A stretch of 64,000 nucleotides of DNA, from NCBI RefSeq assembly GCF_004010195.1, contig NC_057718.1, positions 87,803,012 to 87,867,011 on the forward strand, written 5' to 3'. The notes below the pieces were generated by a model. That model was not told where the DNA came from. It was given only the letters and a program-made list of their open reading frames with translations, and did no database searches. The stretch comes from Chiloscyllium plagiosum (Eukaryota). Position numbers and translations under genes: made by a program. Positions 63,590 to 64,000 of the stretch are shown here, in pieces. The first letter of the stretch is position 1; every line of letters begins with the position of its first letter.

Positions 63590-63950
63590 CATTTAGAAAA
63601 TAGTCTATGCCTCTTTTCTTCCACCAAGCTTCATGACCTCACAGTTTGCCGTGCTGTACTCCATCTACCACTTCTTTGCCCACCCTCTTAACCTGTCCAA
63701 ATCCTTCTGCAGTCTCCTTGCTGCCTGAATGCTACCTGTCCGTCTACCTATCTTTGTATCATCTGCAAACTTAGCCAGAATGCCCTCCGTTCCTTCATCT
63801 AGATCGTTAATGAAAAACTGTGGTCCCAATACTGAGTCTTGCAGAACACCACTTGTCATTGGCTGCCACCCTGAGAAGAACACTTTTATCCCCACTGTCT
63901 GCTTTCAGTCAGACAGCCAGGCTTCTCTCTATGCTAGCACCTTGCCTCTG
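63590..63950 (-). mobile_element. CR1 RT fragment, antisense
   Basis: SGVLQDSVLGPQFFINDLD...KFADDTK...LQKDLDRL. Confidence 0.85.
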
Positions 63951-64000
63951 ACACTGTTCTTCCTGACCTCTCCGCCCCCACCCCAGTCTGACCTATCACC

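Overview
Vertebrate nuclear DNA, most likely an elasmobranch (shark or ray), judged from an HE1-type SINE plus abundant CR1 and Penelope-like repeats. It holds one complete protein-coding gene on the + strand, TAB2 (TAK1-binding protein 2). The CpG-island promoter and probable non-coding first exon lie at ~12.95-13.3 kb. Six coding exons (37190-37291, 40579-42175, 43379-43539, 43996-44089, 49098-49178, 49612-49757) splice in frame to 2181 nt, i.e. 726 aa plus stop, with CUE, coiled-coil and NZF domains; a likely poly(A) signal is at 51401. The rest is mostly decayed mobile DNA: CR1 LINE fragments, HE1 and Deu-type SINEs, an L1-like 3' end, a Tigger-like DNA transposon, a solo LTR, a Gypsy integrase/LTR remnant and several Penelope-like insertions. 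The most interesting signals are short, TSD-flanked, fold-back Penelope-derived insertions with hammerhead-ribozyme cores (one intact-looking core is sense within a TAB2 intron), a fold-back element with a 5x70-bp internal array, a 98-bp tandem duplication whose central 21 nt are replaced by the SINE 5' end, and an intronic solo LTR. I see no clearly new multi-gene system. Repeat-family names come from recognition, not database searches, and repeat boundaries without a stated TSD are approximate.
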